Below are positions 1-12,893 of a stretch of DNA of 64,000 nt, piece by piece (position 1 is the first letter of the stretch; each line of letters starts with the position of its first letter). The position numbers and the translations under genes are program-made. This DNA comes from Mobula hypostoma. Lineage: Eukaryota. The DNA lies in the NCBI RefSeq assembly GCF_963921235.1, contig NC_086108.1, positions 67,334,001-67,398,000 on the forward strand. The letters are read 5' to 3'. The notes below the pieces were generated by a model. The model ran no database searches. It was not told where the DNA came from and saw nothing but the letters and a program-made list of their open reading frames with translations.

Positions 1-132
1 TCTTTATCTTATTTTTTCGTGCTGCTTTGGATCCAGAATAACAATTATTTTGTTCGCCTTTACACTTGTGTACCTAAAATGACACCAAAAAATCTTGAAT
101 CTTGAATAAGGTTTAAGTACACTGTGTAATAG

Positions 133-1552
133 CAATTCAGTAATAACTGTGGAGATATCACAGAAACTGTAGCCTCTCATCATTCACAGCAAGATTTACA
201 CAAAGTTCATGATGAATTCACAAGTAAACCTAACTTGCTTCTTGTGCTAGAAGATAATCATGATGTCATTTCACTAGTTGCTAATGGGATATACAGAATA
301 GATTATGAAGCTCTTCAAGGAGTGATGGCAGCTAAATAACGGAAAAAGTCCCAAGAACAGATCATAAACATTAAATCAACATATGTTTAGCATGCCCAGT
401 GAACCTCAGACCATCAGACACAGGAACAGAATTAGACCATTCATAACATTCAGTGTGTTCTGCCAGTCAATCATGGCTGATTTATTATCCTTCTCAACCC
501 AATTATACTGCCTTTTTCCTGTTACCTTTGACACCCTTATTAATCAAGAACTTATCAAGCTTCGCTTTAAATATACCCAGTGATGGCCTCCTCAGCCTTC
601 TATGGCAATAAACTTCACAGAATCCTGCCCTCTGGCTAAAGAAATTCTTCATCTCTATTGTCATGAGATGTCATGCTCTTAAATCTGCCAAAACTGACAT
701 GAACATCATCAATACCCAAAGGAGTTTTGCCGACGTATGTATATACTCTGGTTGTAATTGCTAATGATGGGAACAAAAATATTCTTTTTACCATTCCAAA
801 GTCTGATCTTACATTTACATTCATTGGTGTTTCACAAACTACAAGAAAAGTTGATGGACAGTATTTAACAGTGATGAATTCAGAAAGTTTGCACTCAGTT
901 TTTTCCTAAGTTCAAAGTTAATTTGCTAAATTGGCTCTCTATCTGGGTGCCAGTGGTGAAGGAGCAAAGCTTACCTAGTGCTGAAGAACTCATCCACTCT
1001 ACTTGTGCTGAAGTCAAGTCATGGAAACAAGAACCTTTACGGACTTTACAAAGCTGCATTGTGGCGTTCAACAATGAAACTGTTGCAATCTCCACTACTG
1101 ATGCATATACGTATGCCTTCCAAAGATACCCTGCCAGATTTTATGGTCAAGATCTAAGCAAGTGCAACTGAGCCAAGGGAAAACAGCAGGAATACAAATG
1201 AAATTCAGACAGACACTATTACAGCCTGGGGCTACAGTTCCTGTGAAACACAGTAAACGTACAGACTAGCAAGCAACTACATATGACATTTGCAGGGACT
1301 CCACAAAAGGATCCATGATCTTAGTATTACGTAGTTAACAAAGCATTAACATAAAACACCATCATTCCTTAAAACACTCAAAGCACCACTCATTGTTGGT
1401 GAATCCCAAATGGATAACCTCAAGAGTGATGAAGAAACTGAGCAACTCCAGATGATACAAGCTTCGATGGCTGCACATCTGGAAATCGCTAAGCTTCAGC
1501 CATCTCATGAGCAGAAACGTCTGTTTTATCTGAAGGACTTTGTAACAAAGTG
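133..1552 (+). pseudogene. Unidentified decayed coding-like region, interrupted by a CR1 3' end; possibly an env/fusion-glycoprotein-like remnant
   Basis: Successive + strand stop-free stretches: 133-339 (QFSNNCGDITETVASHH...YEALQGVMAAK), 727-909, 923-1171 (Cys-containing) and ~1349-1552 (...QMDNLKSDEETEQLQMIQASMAAHLEIAKLQ...). No family recognised. Confidence 0.25.
408..657 (-). mobile_element. CR1 LINE 3'-end fragment
   Basis: Reverse complement of the CR1 3' terminus (agaattagaccattc...aatcatggctgatttatt...ctctggctaaagaaattc), similar to 37300-37570 and 9650-9780. Confidence 0.75.
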
Positions 1553-1744
1553 ATACAGGCTTGCAGGAAAATATAAAGACTAAGAAAATCAGAATGTTTC
1601 TTTTAATTAACATGGGGAGGGATGCAATTTTATTTTGTTTTACTGTATATTATTCTGCAATGCTATTACATTTCACTTTTATAAAGATTGTGTACTTCAG
1701 TGAACAGTTTAGAGCATGCTCAGCATCTCTGCTGTGGCAACAGA

Positions 1745-1805
1745 GAAAGCAGCCCCCAATAGACCCCTAACCGGGGGTCTGTGGACCCCAGTTTGGGAAC
1801 CCCTG
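1745..1805. mobile_element. hAT-type MITE terminus
   Basis: Ends ...tttgggaacccctg, the reverse complement of a CAGGGGTTCCCAA hAT terminus like those at 4239 and 26721. Confidence 0.5.
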
Positions 1806-1999
1806 CTTCATCATGCTTGATAGAGAGTACATGTAAGTAATTGCTTATAAGTGCTAAAACAGTCAAAATGTGCAGTTTTAGTCCTTTAAAATCAAACAGG
1901 TCTTTGCAGCTCCTGAGGCATCAGAATTGAAAGTTTTAAACCTTGAAAATAATGAAGTTTTGAAATGCATTGCTACGGCCCTGCATTTTACAACTTTTG

Positions 2000-2485
2000 C
2001 ACATTGAATTCTCTAATTTCAAGTAACCTACCTTTCTCTTTGTCCCTTTTCTCTCTCCTGCTGATCTACCTGGTTCCTCCTACATACTCTCAATACCTAA
2101 CCCCCAGCCCTGTTCACTCAATGTCGTTCCACTCCTTCAGCTACTCCATCTGCCTATCATCCCCACATGCCTTACACTAAGCACCTCCACCGACTGTTAC
2201 TGTCTGCCCACCCAACTTCCCTGATTTGTCTCCATGCTTCATCTTCCTTTTTATGAGATTCTATCATCTGCAGCCCTTTGTTGCCACTACCTATCACCTC
2301 CCAGTCTCTGTCACGATTTCCACTCTTCCATCTGTCTTTTACTCCTCCTCACCCATATCATTAGCCAGTTCTCATTCCACCCCCACCCCAACCACTCACC
2401 TCTTTATAATGGCTATCTCACCCCTCTTCTTTCAGTCTGGATAAAGGATCTCAGCCCAGAGAAACAACTGTCCATATCCCTCTAG
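2000..2485 (+). mobile_element. Old Penelope-like element 3' region with degenerate hammerhead
   Basis: Pyrimidine-rich tract followed by ttcagtctggataaaggatctcagcccagagaaacaactg, a degenerate version of the motif at 60443-60479. Confidence 0.55.
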
Positions 2486-4587
2486 CAATTTGATTTTTTT
2501 TTTGCTAGAGTAATGTTAATATCTGACAATAATGTAAAAATGATGATATTGAACACATTACCCATGGCGCAGCTTGTACAATTCAAAGCAATGAAAGGAA
2601 GTGTTGAATATGATGTATTATAATGGGCAGATGATCCAACCACACCTGTTTTACCCTGTCGTATGAAGTTTATTCTAACATCTGTTTCTGCTGGTATGGA
2701 ACCAGCATGCTAAAAGTCCCTCTTTGTTTAGGAACCTATAGTTTAATTAATACTAAATCAAATCTTAATGGGATGTCTAAAACAGACAAATCGTCCACAA
2801 GCAGCTTTTATAGTCATCCACTGAAGTACTTGAACTCAGTCTGACGTTACCATAAGCTTAAAATTATGAGGTTACCAAAAGTATAACATGACTCGCCAAA
2901 TGAAAACTCTATTTTCTGTAAAAGAGGTATACCCGAGGGAGGTTATTAACCAGAGGTAAAACTTTGAAGGTAATCTGAAAGTTCTCTCTGGGTCTCTAAA
3001 GTGGCATAACAAAATTGCAGGATATCAATCTCACCATTACAACTCATACTATTCAGTCCTAACTGGTTGCATTCCACATATGATATTTTCAGAGTCCCAG
3101 AAGAACCACTGTAATCCTAAATGCATTTAATATATTTAGGTTATTAATTTTTCTTCTGACCTTCAGTCACATTCTTAACCAAAGGTTTACATGGTAAACT
3201 GATATAAAATTGCTTACTTTTGCGCATCTCTTCCCTTTGGAGAGAAAAAAATATTTTTTTTCAATCAAAAGCCAAAAGCCTTGATTTAATTTTGGATTAC
3301 AAATCAGACAAGTGACAATAAGGTGGAATTGGGCTGGTGGAGGAGGAGAGAGTGGGTAGGTGGGTGAGGTTTGTTGGTTAGGGATCGGAATGTGAGTTTA
3401 AGCTAGCCAGAAGTTGAATACATCAATTACAATTATTTGCAGTCAGCTCCTTATTCCCCTTTAAATTATTTTTGAATTCAGATGTGGAAGAGAATTCCAG
3501 GTTTAAATGAGGCTTGTGGTAATGGGTCAACCTCTGCCATTCAACCAGACAACAGGTGATCAGGGCCTGGAATCCACTTTCCATCCCAATCCCACATCCT
3601 GTGATTTGATTGGCACTCAAAAATCTCATAATCATAACCTTGAATGTACTCACCAGCAACCCCCTCAAGTTGAGGATTCTAAAGACTTACAAGCAGCCAT
3701 GCAATTATTCTTTTTCCTTATAGCAGTTACAAATGGCTGATCATTAATCTTATGATCATGTCCTGTTGTGAACTTTCCAGTTTCAGTCACTCAAAGATTA
3801 GTGTGGAAGAACGGTGTCTGAAGTTGTGAGACATTGGCACTAGAATTGGGGAAGGAGGGAGCTGTTTCAATGGGACAGACTCCACCCTGAACCATCTGGG
3901 AGCAGGGCCCTGTCAAAGCATATAACTATGGCTGCAGATAGGGTTTTAAACTAAATTGTAGGGGGCGGGGGTGTGATCAACAGCTTGGAAAAGGTCGGAT
4001 AAAGTAAAAGGGAAGGAGAGTGCAGGAGAGATTACTGAAGTCTCCAGAATAAAGGAGAAAAATTTTAGAAAGGGATAAGAATGTAACTTCAGGCACTCTG
4101 GAGACAAAATTGAAAAGAAGAGTGGTAAATACAGGACTGGAGGTGTTATATACGGATGTATACAGTATACAAAATAAGGTAAATGATCTTATAGCACAGT
4201 TAGAAATTGGTAGGTAGGATGTTATGGTCATCATAGAACAGGGTTCCCCAATTAGTTTTCCACAAGGGCCAAATTATGTCAAGCACGCCAAGCCAAGCGC
4301 CAGAACTTCCCGGCTTTTTTTTATTGCGCCAGTAAGTTGTTTTATGGGCAGATGTTGTTGTTGCTGCTATTACCATTATTATTTTTATTATTAGTAGTAG
4401 TAGTAGTAGTAGTAGTGGTAGTAGTAATAATTTAGGCCTGGGATTCTCAAAGCCTGTGTTGTGGATCACACAAGAAAAAAAATCATCCTTGAAACAAAAT
4501 AAGTCCAAAACCAACCATTTAATTATGACTTCAGCTATCACAACTGTCGGCTGTCACATTGAGAACTCATCTGGGACTTAAAATACA

Positions 4588-4610
4588 TGCATACACACAC
4601 ACACACACAC

Positions 4611-4648
<38 letters not shown>
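4588..4648. repeat. (CA)n microsatellite inside the hAT element; (ATT)/(AGT)n run at ~4376-4430
   Basis: Directly visible tandem repeats. Confidence 0.95.
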
Positions 4649-4655
<7 letters not shown>

Positions 4656-4885
4656 ACATGGTAGTTTTCACCACTTCTCTTCCACACAAAGAGTTTTAGT
4701 AGTACTGCCTTTTCCACTGTTTCTGTTCTCTCATTTAATCTAGTTGTTCTTTTTAATTAAGCTATGTAGCATTTGAAGTATGAAGTGTAGCTATAAATGA
4801 AATTATCAGTATTATTGTTGATGTAATATTATTATACCACAATAAGATTGACAGATGGACAAAAATAAACTGATTCACTCACCAA

Positions 4886-6380
4886 TCAGTGAGAGAATTG
4901 ACAGCGACGGGATGAGGCAATCCTTCTGATGTCGGGCCTGTATTCTGTTGTGGCAATTCTGAGGCACTGGCCAAGATGTGCATTGGAGAGTCTGTTTCTG
5001 TCCTGGTTCTTCATAAAGTTCATTGAAGAAAACGATGACTCACATATGTACGTGGAGGGGAACAGTGTGAGTAGGAGCATTGCAATTGCTCTCGTGTTTT
5101 TGAATTGAGTTTGGGGAACCACGTTGATCCAAAAGTCACTCACCCCAACGTCCTTGTGTTGTGCTTTGAGCAAATCAGATGTTCCCATTTCCAAGGCCTC
5201 CACTTGAAGAGTTGCCTCATCTATGGAAGGCACCAGTCTTTTGGCCTCTGCAGTCCACTGGCCGTCAGCCGAAACAAAGAACGGCTGTCTCAGGAAGAGG
5301 AGGATGTCACCTGAGAGTTTAGGGGAGCTTTCAAGTCGTTCCCTGAAGTTTTCTGCCAAGCTCATCACGAAATCCTTCATTACTGGATCCTCCCGCATTT
5401 CGTTCTTTTCGCAATGCTCCCACAGACGTGGAAAGTGTAACTTTCTCCCATGAATATCTTTCTCCAAAAGGTTCAGCTTTGACCGGAAAGCTTCAATCGC
5501 CTCGTACATGTCCGCAACTGTGTGGTTGTTGCCTTGTAATTGCAGATTAAGTTGATTTAGATGAGACATGATGTCACACAAAAAAAGAACACGTGCCATC
5601 ACCCTGTTGTCACTTAAAAACCTCTTAAATCCTTGGGCATTTTGGCTCTGCAGGCTGGATAAAAATGACACAAGCTCATCGCACAGGTCGCACACCCTCT
5701 CCAACACATGGCCTTCGCTCAGCCAGCGTACATCATTATGCAGCAAAAGACCTTTGTGTTCTGCTGACATTTCCTCCAGCAATGCTCTGAAAAGGCGATG
5801 TTGCAGACTAGAACTCTCACAAATGAAATTTACCAGTCTTGTCACAGTATTTCCCCCACACAGTTTGGCGCACAACACTGATTTGTGAACAATGCAATGA
5901 AATGCCAAGAGTGCTGGGATAACAACGGTAAACCTGCTTACCAAGCCCTTGTGTTGTCCCACCATCGACGGAGCCCCATCGGTGACGACGGACACAAGTT
6001 TGCTCACATCCAAGCCATTCTTCTCAAAGAACTGTGTCAATTCGTAAAAAAATTATTTCCCCAGTTGTGCGCCCAGGCAGAGGAAGCAAACAAAGTAGCT
6101 CTTCCCGAAAGGACTTCCCATCAAAAGATTTTGTGAACACAGATAGCTCTTCCATATCAGTACGGTCACAGGACAAGTCTTTGGCTAGTGATATGGTTTC
6201 TGATTTCTCCAAATCGGTGAGTAGATTGGAAAAACACTCCTCTGCTAAGACTTCTACTCTCCTTGTTGCCGTGTTAGCCAATAATGGCACCGTCTTTAAT
6301 AGCTCCACAACCATTTTCTTGGTTTTCTCATCATTACTTAAAACTTCGCCAACCATATCAATTGCACACGTTTTAATCAA
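4886..6380 (-). pseudogene. hAT transposase (frameshift near 6030; N-terminal BED-finger region apparently deleted)
   Basis: ORFs 6024-6380 and 4886-6040 carry TDGAPSMVG, HCIVH (CxxH), VRWLS and STYICESSFS, the hAT catalytic and dimerisation motifs. Confidence 0.92.
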
Positions 6381-7043
6381 CTCAGCATCGCGCGCTCTAC
6401 GGGGACGTAAGTTCAGTGTATGGTGTGGGATGAGGTTAAAATAAATTAGAGCAGCGCGCGCTTTATTTACATGTTATGACAGGTACATTCACGTAAGTGC
6501 CAATGGGTCGGCGCAGTCCTGACATTTGCTTCTCGCAGTCTGGACCTGGCCCGCGGTCCGCCTATTGGGGCTGTCTGTCATAGAATGATGATTGAAAGAA
6601 AATCGCAGTTGGAAGCTGAAAACCTGGGGATACACATTGTATTGAAAGGACAGGCAGTGGGCAGAGGGGATGGGGTAGCTTTGTTGCTAACATCTGAAAC
6701 AAGAATGTTACTGGGAATGAAAGGGTTAATGCATAAGGAGTGTTTGATGGTCTGAGCCTGTACTTGCTGGAGTTTACAAGAATGAGGAGGGATCTCATTG
6801 AAACCTATTGAAAATTGTAAAGCCAAAAAGTGTTGCTGTGGAGAGGATATTTCCAATAATGGGAGAGTCAAGGACCAGAGGTCACAGCCTCTGATCAGAA
6901 GGATATCCTTTTATAATGGAGATGAGGAGGAATTTCTTTAACCAGATGGTGGTGAATCTGTGGAATTCATTGCCACAGTTAGCTGTGGAGGTCAAGTTAT
7001 TGAGGATATTAAAATCAGAGGGTGACAGGTTCTTGATCAGTAA

Positions 7044-9650
7044 GAATCATAATCAGAATCATGTTCATTATCATCGGCATATGTTGAGAAATTTGTGAAT
7101 TTAGTGGCAGCAGCACAATACAATGCATGATAAAATAAATGGATTACTTTAAGCATATGTACACTAAATAGTTAAATTAAAAATAAGTAGTGCAAAATCA
7201 AAACTAATAAAAGAAGTGAGATGGTGTTCAATTCCCATTTAGGAATCAGATGGCAGACGGGTAGAGACTGCTCCTGAATCACTGAGTGCATACCTTTAGG
7301 CTGCTGTACCTTCTTCCAGATGGAAACACTGAGAAGGGGGCATGTTCTGGGTGATGGAGGTCCTTAATGATGTGAGCTGCCTTTCTGAGGCACCACTCCT
7401 TGAAGATGTTTTGGATCCTGCAGAGGCTAGCGTGTGCTTAGCTCACTGCTCTACTCTCTCTATACACATGACTGTGTGGCTGGGAATAGCTCAAATGCTA
7501 TCTATAAATTTGCTGACGATACATTCATTGTTGATAGAACCTCCGGTAGTGACAAGAGGGCATACAGGAGTGAGATATGCCAACTAGTGGAATGGTGCCG
7601 CAGCAACAACCTGGCACTCAATGTCAGTAGAGCTGATTGTGGACTTCGGGAAGGGTAAGATGAAGGAACACATACCAATCCTCATAGAGGGATCAGATGT
7701 GGAGAGAGTGAGCAGTTTCACATTCCTGGACGTCAAGATCTCTGAAGATCTAACTTGGTGCCAACATATCGATGTAGTTATAAAGAAGGCAAGGCAGTGG
7801 CTATACTTTATTAGGAGTTTGAAGAGATTTGACATGTCAACAAATACACTCAAAAACTTCTATAGTTGTACCGTAGAGAGCATTCTGATGGGCTGCATCA
7901 CTGTCTGGTATGGAGAGGCTACTGCACAGGACTGAAAGAAGCTGCAGGAGGTTGTAAATCTAGTCAGCTCCATCTTGGGTACTAGCCTACAAAGTACCCA
8001 GGACATCTTTAGGGAGCGGTGTCTCAGAAAGGCAGTGTCCATTATTAAGGACCTCCAGCACCTAGGGCATGCTCTTTTCTCACTGTTACCATCAGGTAGG
8101 AGGTACAGAAGCCTGAAGGCACACACTCAATGATTCAGGAACAGCTTCTTCCCCTCTGCCATCCAATTCCTAAATGGACATTGAATCTTTGGACACTACC
8201 TCACTTTTTTAAATATACAGTATTTCTGTTTTTGCAAATTTTTTTTAGATCTGTTCAATATACATAATTGATTTACTTGTTTATTTATAATAATAACAAT
8301 AATAATAATAATACTTATTATTTTTCTCTGCTAGATTATGTATTGCATTGAACTGCTGCTGCTAAGTTAACAAATTTCATGTCACATGCCGGTGTTAATA
8401 AACTTGATTCTGATTCTGACATGAGCTGACAAATTTTACAACTTTCTGTAGCTTCTTTCGATACTGTGCAGTGCCCTGCCCCCCACCAACCCCATACCAG
8501 GTGGCGATGCAGCCTGACAGAATGCTCTCCACGGTACATCTGTAGAAGTTTTCAAGTGCTTTAGGTGGCAAAAACCAAATCTCCTTAAATTCCTAATGAA
8601 ATACATCGGTTGCCTTGCCTTCTTTATAACTGCATTGATGTGTTGAGACCAGGTTAGATCCTCAGAGACCTTGACACCCAGGAACTTGAAGTTGCTCACT
8701 CTCTCTACTTCCGATCCATCTATGAGGATTGGCCTGTGTTCCCTCATCTTCCCCTTCCTGAAGTTTACAATCAGCTCTTTGGTCTTACCGACATTGAGCA
8801 CAAGGTTTTTGCTATGACACCACTCAACTAGCTGGTATATTTCACTCCTGTACACTCCCTTATCTCCATCTGAAATTCTGCTAACAATGGTTGTATCATC
8901 ATCAAATTTATAGATGGCATTTGAGCTATTCCTAGCCACACATTCGTGGGTGTAGAGAGAGTAGAGCTGTGAGGTAAGCACGCACACCTGTAGCGCACCA
9001 TTGTCGATCATCAGTGAGGAGGAGATATTATTTTCAATCCACATAGATTTTGGTCTTCCGGTTAGGAAGTCAAGGATCCAATTGCAGAGGGAGGTACAGA
9101 GGCACAAGTTCTGTAGCTTTTTGATCAGAAATGTAGGAATGGTGGTGTTAAACGCTGAGCTATAGTCAACAATCAGCATTCTGACATAAGTATGTATATT
9201 GTCCAGATCACTTATAGCCACATGAATAGCCATTGAGATTGCATCTGCCATAGACCTATTGTGGTGGTAGACAAATTGCAGCGGGTCCAAGTCGTTGCTG
9301 AGGCAGGAATTGATTCTAATGATGACCAACTTCTCAAAGCTACATTCTTCACTTTTGAAATCGCCCTCCACAAGTCATACCTGGTTTTCTTGTACAGACC
9401 TGGGTCACCAGACTTGAATACCACAGATCCAGCCCACAGCAGATGACAAACCTCTTGGTTCATCCATGGCTTTTGGGTTGGGAATGTAGAGTAAGCTTTC
9501 ACAGGCATACACTCATCCACACAGGTTTTAATGAAATCGGTAACAACTGCAGTATACCCATCCATACTTGAAGATAACTCACTGGACAGTCCAGTCCACT
9601 GATTCAAAGCAGTCCTGTAAGCACTCCTGTGCTTCCCTTGTTAAGAGTGC
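7044..9650 (-). mobile_element. Rex1/Babar LINE, 5'-truncated, split by a second copy
   Basis: RT ORF 8436-9371 (LDPLQF..NRSMADAI..YVRMLIVDYSSAFNT..KFDDD). Its 3' part with the (gaatca)-type tail lies at 7044-7430 and joins 8420. Confidence 0.88.
7431..8419 (+). mobile_element. Rex1/Babar LINE 3' fragment inserted in opposite orientation
   Basis: YKFADD and ELIVDF..KKARQWLYFIRSLKRF peptides; ends aataaacttgattctgattctg. Confidence 0.88.
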
Positions 9651-9789
9651 CAATAGTTATGGGTAGAAGGCAGGAGAATAGGACTGAGAGGAAAAATAAA
9701 TCAGCCATGATCAAATGGTGGAGAGCACTTGATGGAATAAATGGCCTAATTCTGCTTCTATCACTTATAGTCTTATGGCCACCTGGAAA

Positions 9790-10720
9790 ATTACCTATCT
9801 ATGCCCGTTTCCTGCCTAAAGCTTCCATGGTCTTTAACCTTGCCCGTTAAGCTCTTTGTGAGATCTTATTAAGACTTCTTCGAATCCAGCTACATCATAC
9901 TCACTGGCTTTTGCTTAACAATTCTACTAGTTATATCCTCAATGAAAATGTCTTGGATTTGCTAACAATGATTTGTCATTCATAAGCCAATACTGACTTT
10001 GTCCAACCCATTAATATTTTCCAAGAGTTCTGTTTCAGATTTTTTTAATAATACATTCCAGCATTTTCCCCACTGATGATGTTAGACTTACTGGTCTGCA
10101 GTTCCCTGATTTTTTTCTCTTCCCCTTCATTTGAAATTCTGAGATTACATTCGCCATCTTCCAGTTTGTAGGATTTGCCCCAGAAACTAAAGAATTTTGG
10201 AAGATGGACTCCATGTATTTATTATTTAAAAGGTAACTTTCTTAAGTACTTTAGGATGTAGACCATCGAGCCTTGGGGATTTGTAAACCTTTGACCCGAC
10301 TGTTATCTGTAGATTGGCATCTTTACTAATACTGATTTCCTTCTACTTAGCCCTCTCTCTAGAGCCTAACATACCTAAGAGATTGTGTCTTCCTTTGTGA
10401 AGATAATATGAAATTGTGGGTTTAACTTTTCTGTCCTTTCTTTATCCCAATCATAACCTCTCTGCTCTTTCTTTCCGCAGTGGTCCTACATTATCATTGC
10501 CTGCCTTTTATTCTTAACATAATTATGGAAGATTTTACAGTTATTTTTTATGCTCTCTTCAAGATTACTCTCATACTACATCTTCTTAATCATGTTTTAG
10601 TCTTTTTTTTTGCTAAATTCTGGACTCCTCCCAGTCCTCTGGCTTAATTCTTCCTTTGGCAATTTTATATCCCTCCTCATTAGATCACTATGATTGTTAA
10701 TTTCCTTTGCAAGTCACAGC
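9790..10720 (-). mobile_element. Old, heavily decayed CR1 ORF2 fragment
   Basis: Remnants resemble the CR1 RT region on the minus strand (e.g. ccagcattttccccactgatgatgttagacttactggtctgcagttccc; compare 36010-36050). Confidence 0.6.
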
Positions 10721-12084
10721 AGAACGCTTTTTCCTAACTTACTTCAGTGACAGTGAAGAATGAGTAATTGGTGTGATTCACGTACTGTATATATTCTTTA
10801 AAAAGTTTTACATTTGCTTCCTGAGTGTTGTGTGATGATTTTCCAGATGGTCATAAGAATAAGCAGGTCAAAGCAAAAAGAGGTTCACACTTAACAAGAA
10901 AATAATATTGAAAAGGTCCCACATTTTCATTTACACATTTATATACCTGGAAGTATTTTGGAGCATATATTGGAATTAATGTGGTACAGTAATTGCAAAA
11001 TAAATATTGGAAGTAGCCGCCAGGTGAAACGACATCTGTACAGAAGATGGCAACCCAAGTTATCATCTCTGTTTTTCTCTCCACATGCCTGATCTGCTAT
11101 GTATTTTTTTCTGTTTTTATGTTAATTTACTAAATTTTTTGTGCATCCTTTCCAATGTAATCATATCTTTCTGGTAATATGGAGATCAACCTGTATACAC
11201 CACTCAAACTAGGCCCTGACTAGTGTTGTATTTAGTTCTAGTGTTTATTGATAGTAATTTAAGGATAAATTTCTCCAAAGATATGGACGATATTTTATAC
11301 ATATGAAATATTTATCTCTGAAGTACACCCACCTGAGAGAGCAGGCAAAGCTTCGTCTTAATTATTCACATAAAAGATTGTATCTCGTATGGTGCAGCAA
11401 TATCTGCACTGATATGTCAGCCTAGATGTTAATCTTAAGTCACTTGAAATGCAGTGCACTGATTCAGAGCAAAATATCTATACCTTAAAACTATCACAAC
11501 CCAAACCTGGCAGTGCCAGGCTGGTAAGTGTAACTTCAGAAAGCAAAAAAAAACTTTGCAAGTTTTCTATCTCTGTTGAGGGAAAATGGATTTCTGTTGG
11601 AGCAGGTATAGAAAGAATAATATCAATAGCAACACACACAAAATGCTGGAGAATTTCAGCAGGTCAGGCAGCATCTATGGAAAAGAATAAAGAGTCAAGT
11701 AGTATCAATAATACTGCTGCTGGGGCAAAGGAGGTGCAATTTCTATGGAGATTAATAATTTATTTTGCTGCCACAAAACAAATTTCGGTGATAAAGCTAA
11801 TCTGAATTGGAGATTTCATTGAGGCAGTGTTTGGAATAGGGAGAAGGAAAATCTCTTACAATTCATTTGATTTGGAAAGTAAGAACCAGAGCCATATAGG
11901 ATTGATTCGCAAACACTGTCTAAACAGTGAATACCATTAAAACACAATGGGTCATCTGGCTACATAGAAAATTATCTCTATGTAGACAGTCTACTCTTGT
12001 TTCATTCCAGGGAAGTGAAAATGTACCAACTGAAGATAAGTTATTGGAGTTACTGTATATAAAAACAGTAAGATGTTTTTCATC

Positions 12085-12300
12085 TCTACCATGGGCTGCA
12101 AATGCGCTCCAGTCTGTGTGCTGGAATTGGTGCTGAAGAGCAGAGTCAGCCCCCTCCAGCCGGATCTTAATAGTCTTCACTGTGGGTTTCACATGTTTAA
12201 TGACCGGGCTATACTTGGGAAGCAGAAACAATGAAAGATGATCGGACTGTCCCAGGTGGGGGAGGGTAGTTGCTTTGTAAGCATCAGCCACATTTGTGTA
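12085..12300 (-). mobile_element. Rex1/Babar endonuclease-region fragment
   Basis: ORF peptide ADAYKATTLPHLGQSDHLSLFLLPKY (APE SDH motif) followed by FQHTDWS. Confidence 0.75.
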
Positions 12301-12893
12301 GCATTAAGATCTCACAAAATCTGAAAGAAAACCAGCTTTTGCTGCAAGCTAACAACTTGTTTTATCTCATGAAAGGTATCGGCCTGAAACATTGACTGTT
12401 TATTCCTCTTTAGAGATGCTGCCCGAGTTGCTGAGTTCATCCAGCAGTTCGTGTTTGTTGCTCTGAATTTCCAGTATCTGCAGAATCTCTTATGTTTAAA
12501 AATTGTTTTATCTGAGGTTTGCATGAAGTAGCAAGTGGACTTCCCTTCAATCCTTTTTATTTCACTTTCAAAAATATTTTGACGTAATTTCAAATGTAAT
12601 TAAAAGCCACATCAATCCAATGTAGATGTGGGACAATAAGGAGTTGGTTAAAATATATGATACTCTCTGGTATACTCATGCAGGGGATTCGTTGCTACAT
12701 CTACAATCGGTCTATTGAAGAAGATGGGGGTGAGAGGTCACTCCCTCCAACAAGCAATCAAGTCCTTGTCAAATGCAGCAGAAGAAAGCAGTAATTGGGT
12801 TTGGATTAAAAGGAAAGACAACAACTGGGCTGCAAGATGAAGACAGGAGGGTATGCAATTGAGGGGGGTGTATCTGGGATGCCAGGTAGCACC

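Larger units (their letters stand above)
4239..6577 (-). mobile_element. hAT (Charlie/Buster, GTF2IRD2/EPM2AIP1-like) DNA transposon
   Basis: Imperfect TIRs cagggttccccaat / attggggctgtctg. Exact 8-bp TSD TCATAGAA at 4231-4238 and 6578-6585. Transposase ORFs inside. Confidence 0.95.
3780..9780 (+). mobile_element. Fragmented CR1 LINE hosting the hAT and Rex1 insertions
   Basis: APE endonuclease start (...NKVNDLIAQLEIG...) before 4238 resumes after 6586 (...KDRQ..RGDGVALL). The ORF2 3' end (MRRNFFNQMVVNLWNSLPQ, 6916-7043) continues at 9651-9780 after the Rex1 block. Confidence 0.8.

Noticed and set aside
4886..6040. Domesticated host gene (GTF2IRD2/EPM2AIP1/ZBED-like)
   Set aside because: It is flanked by TIRs and an 8-bp TSD, frameshifted, and inserted in a CR1, so it is a transposon copy.
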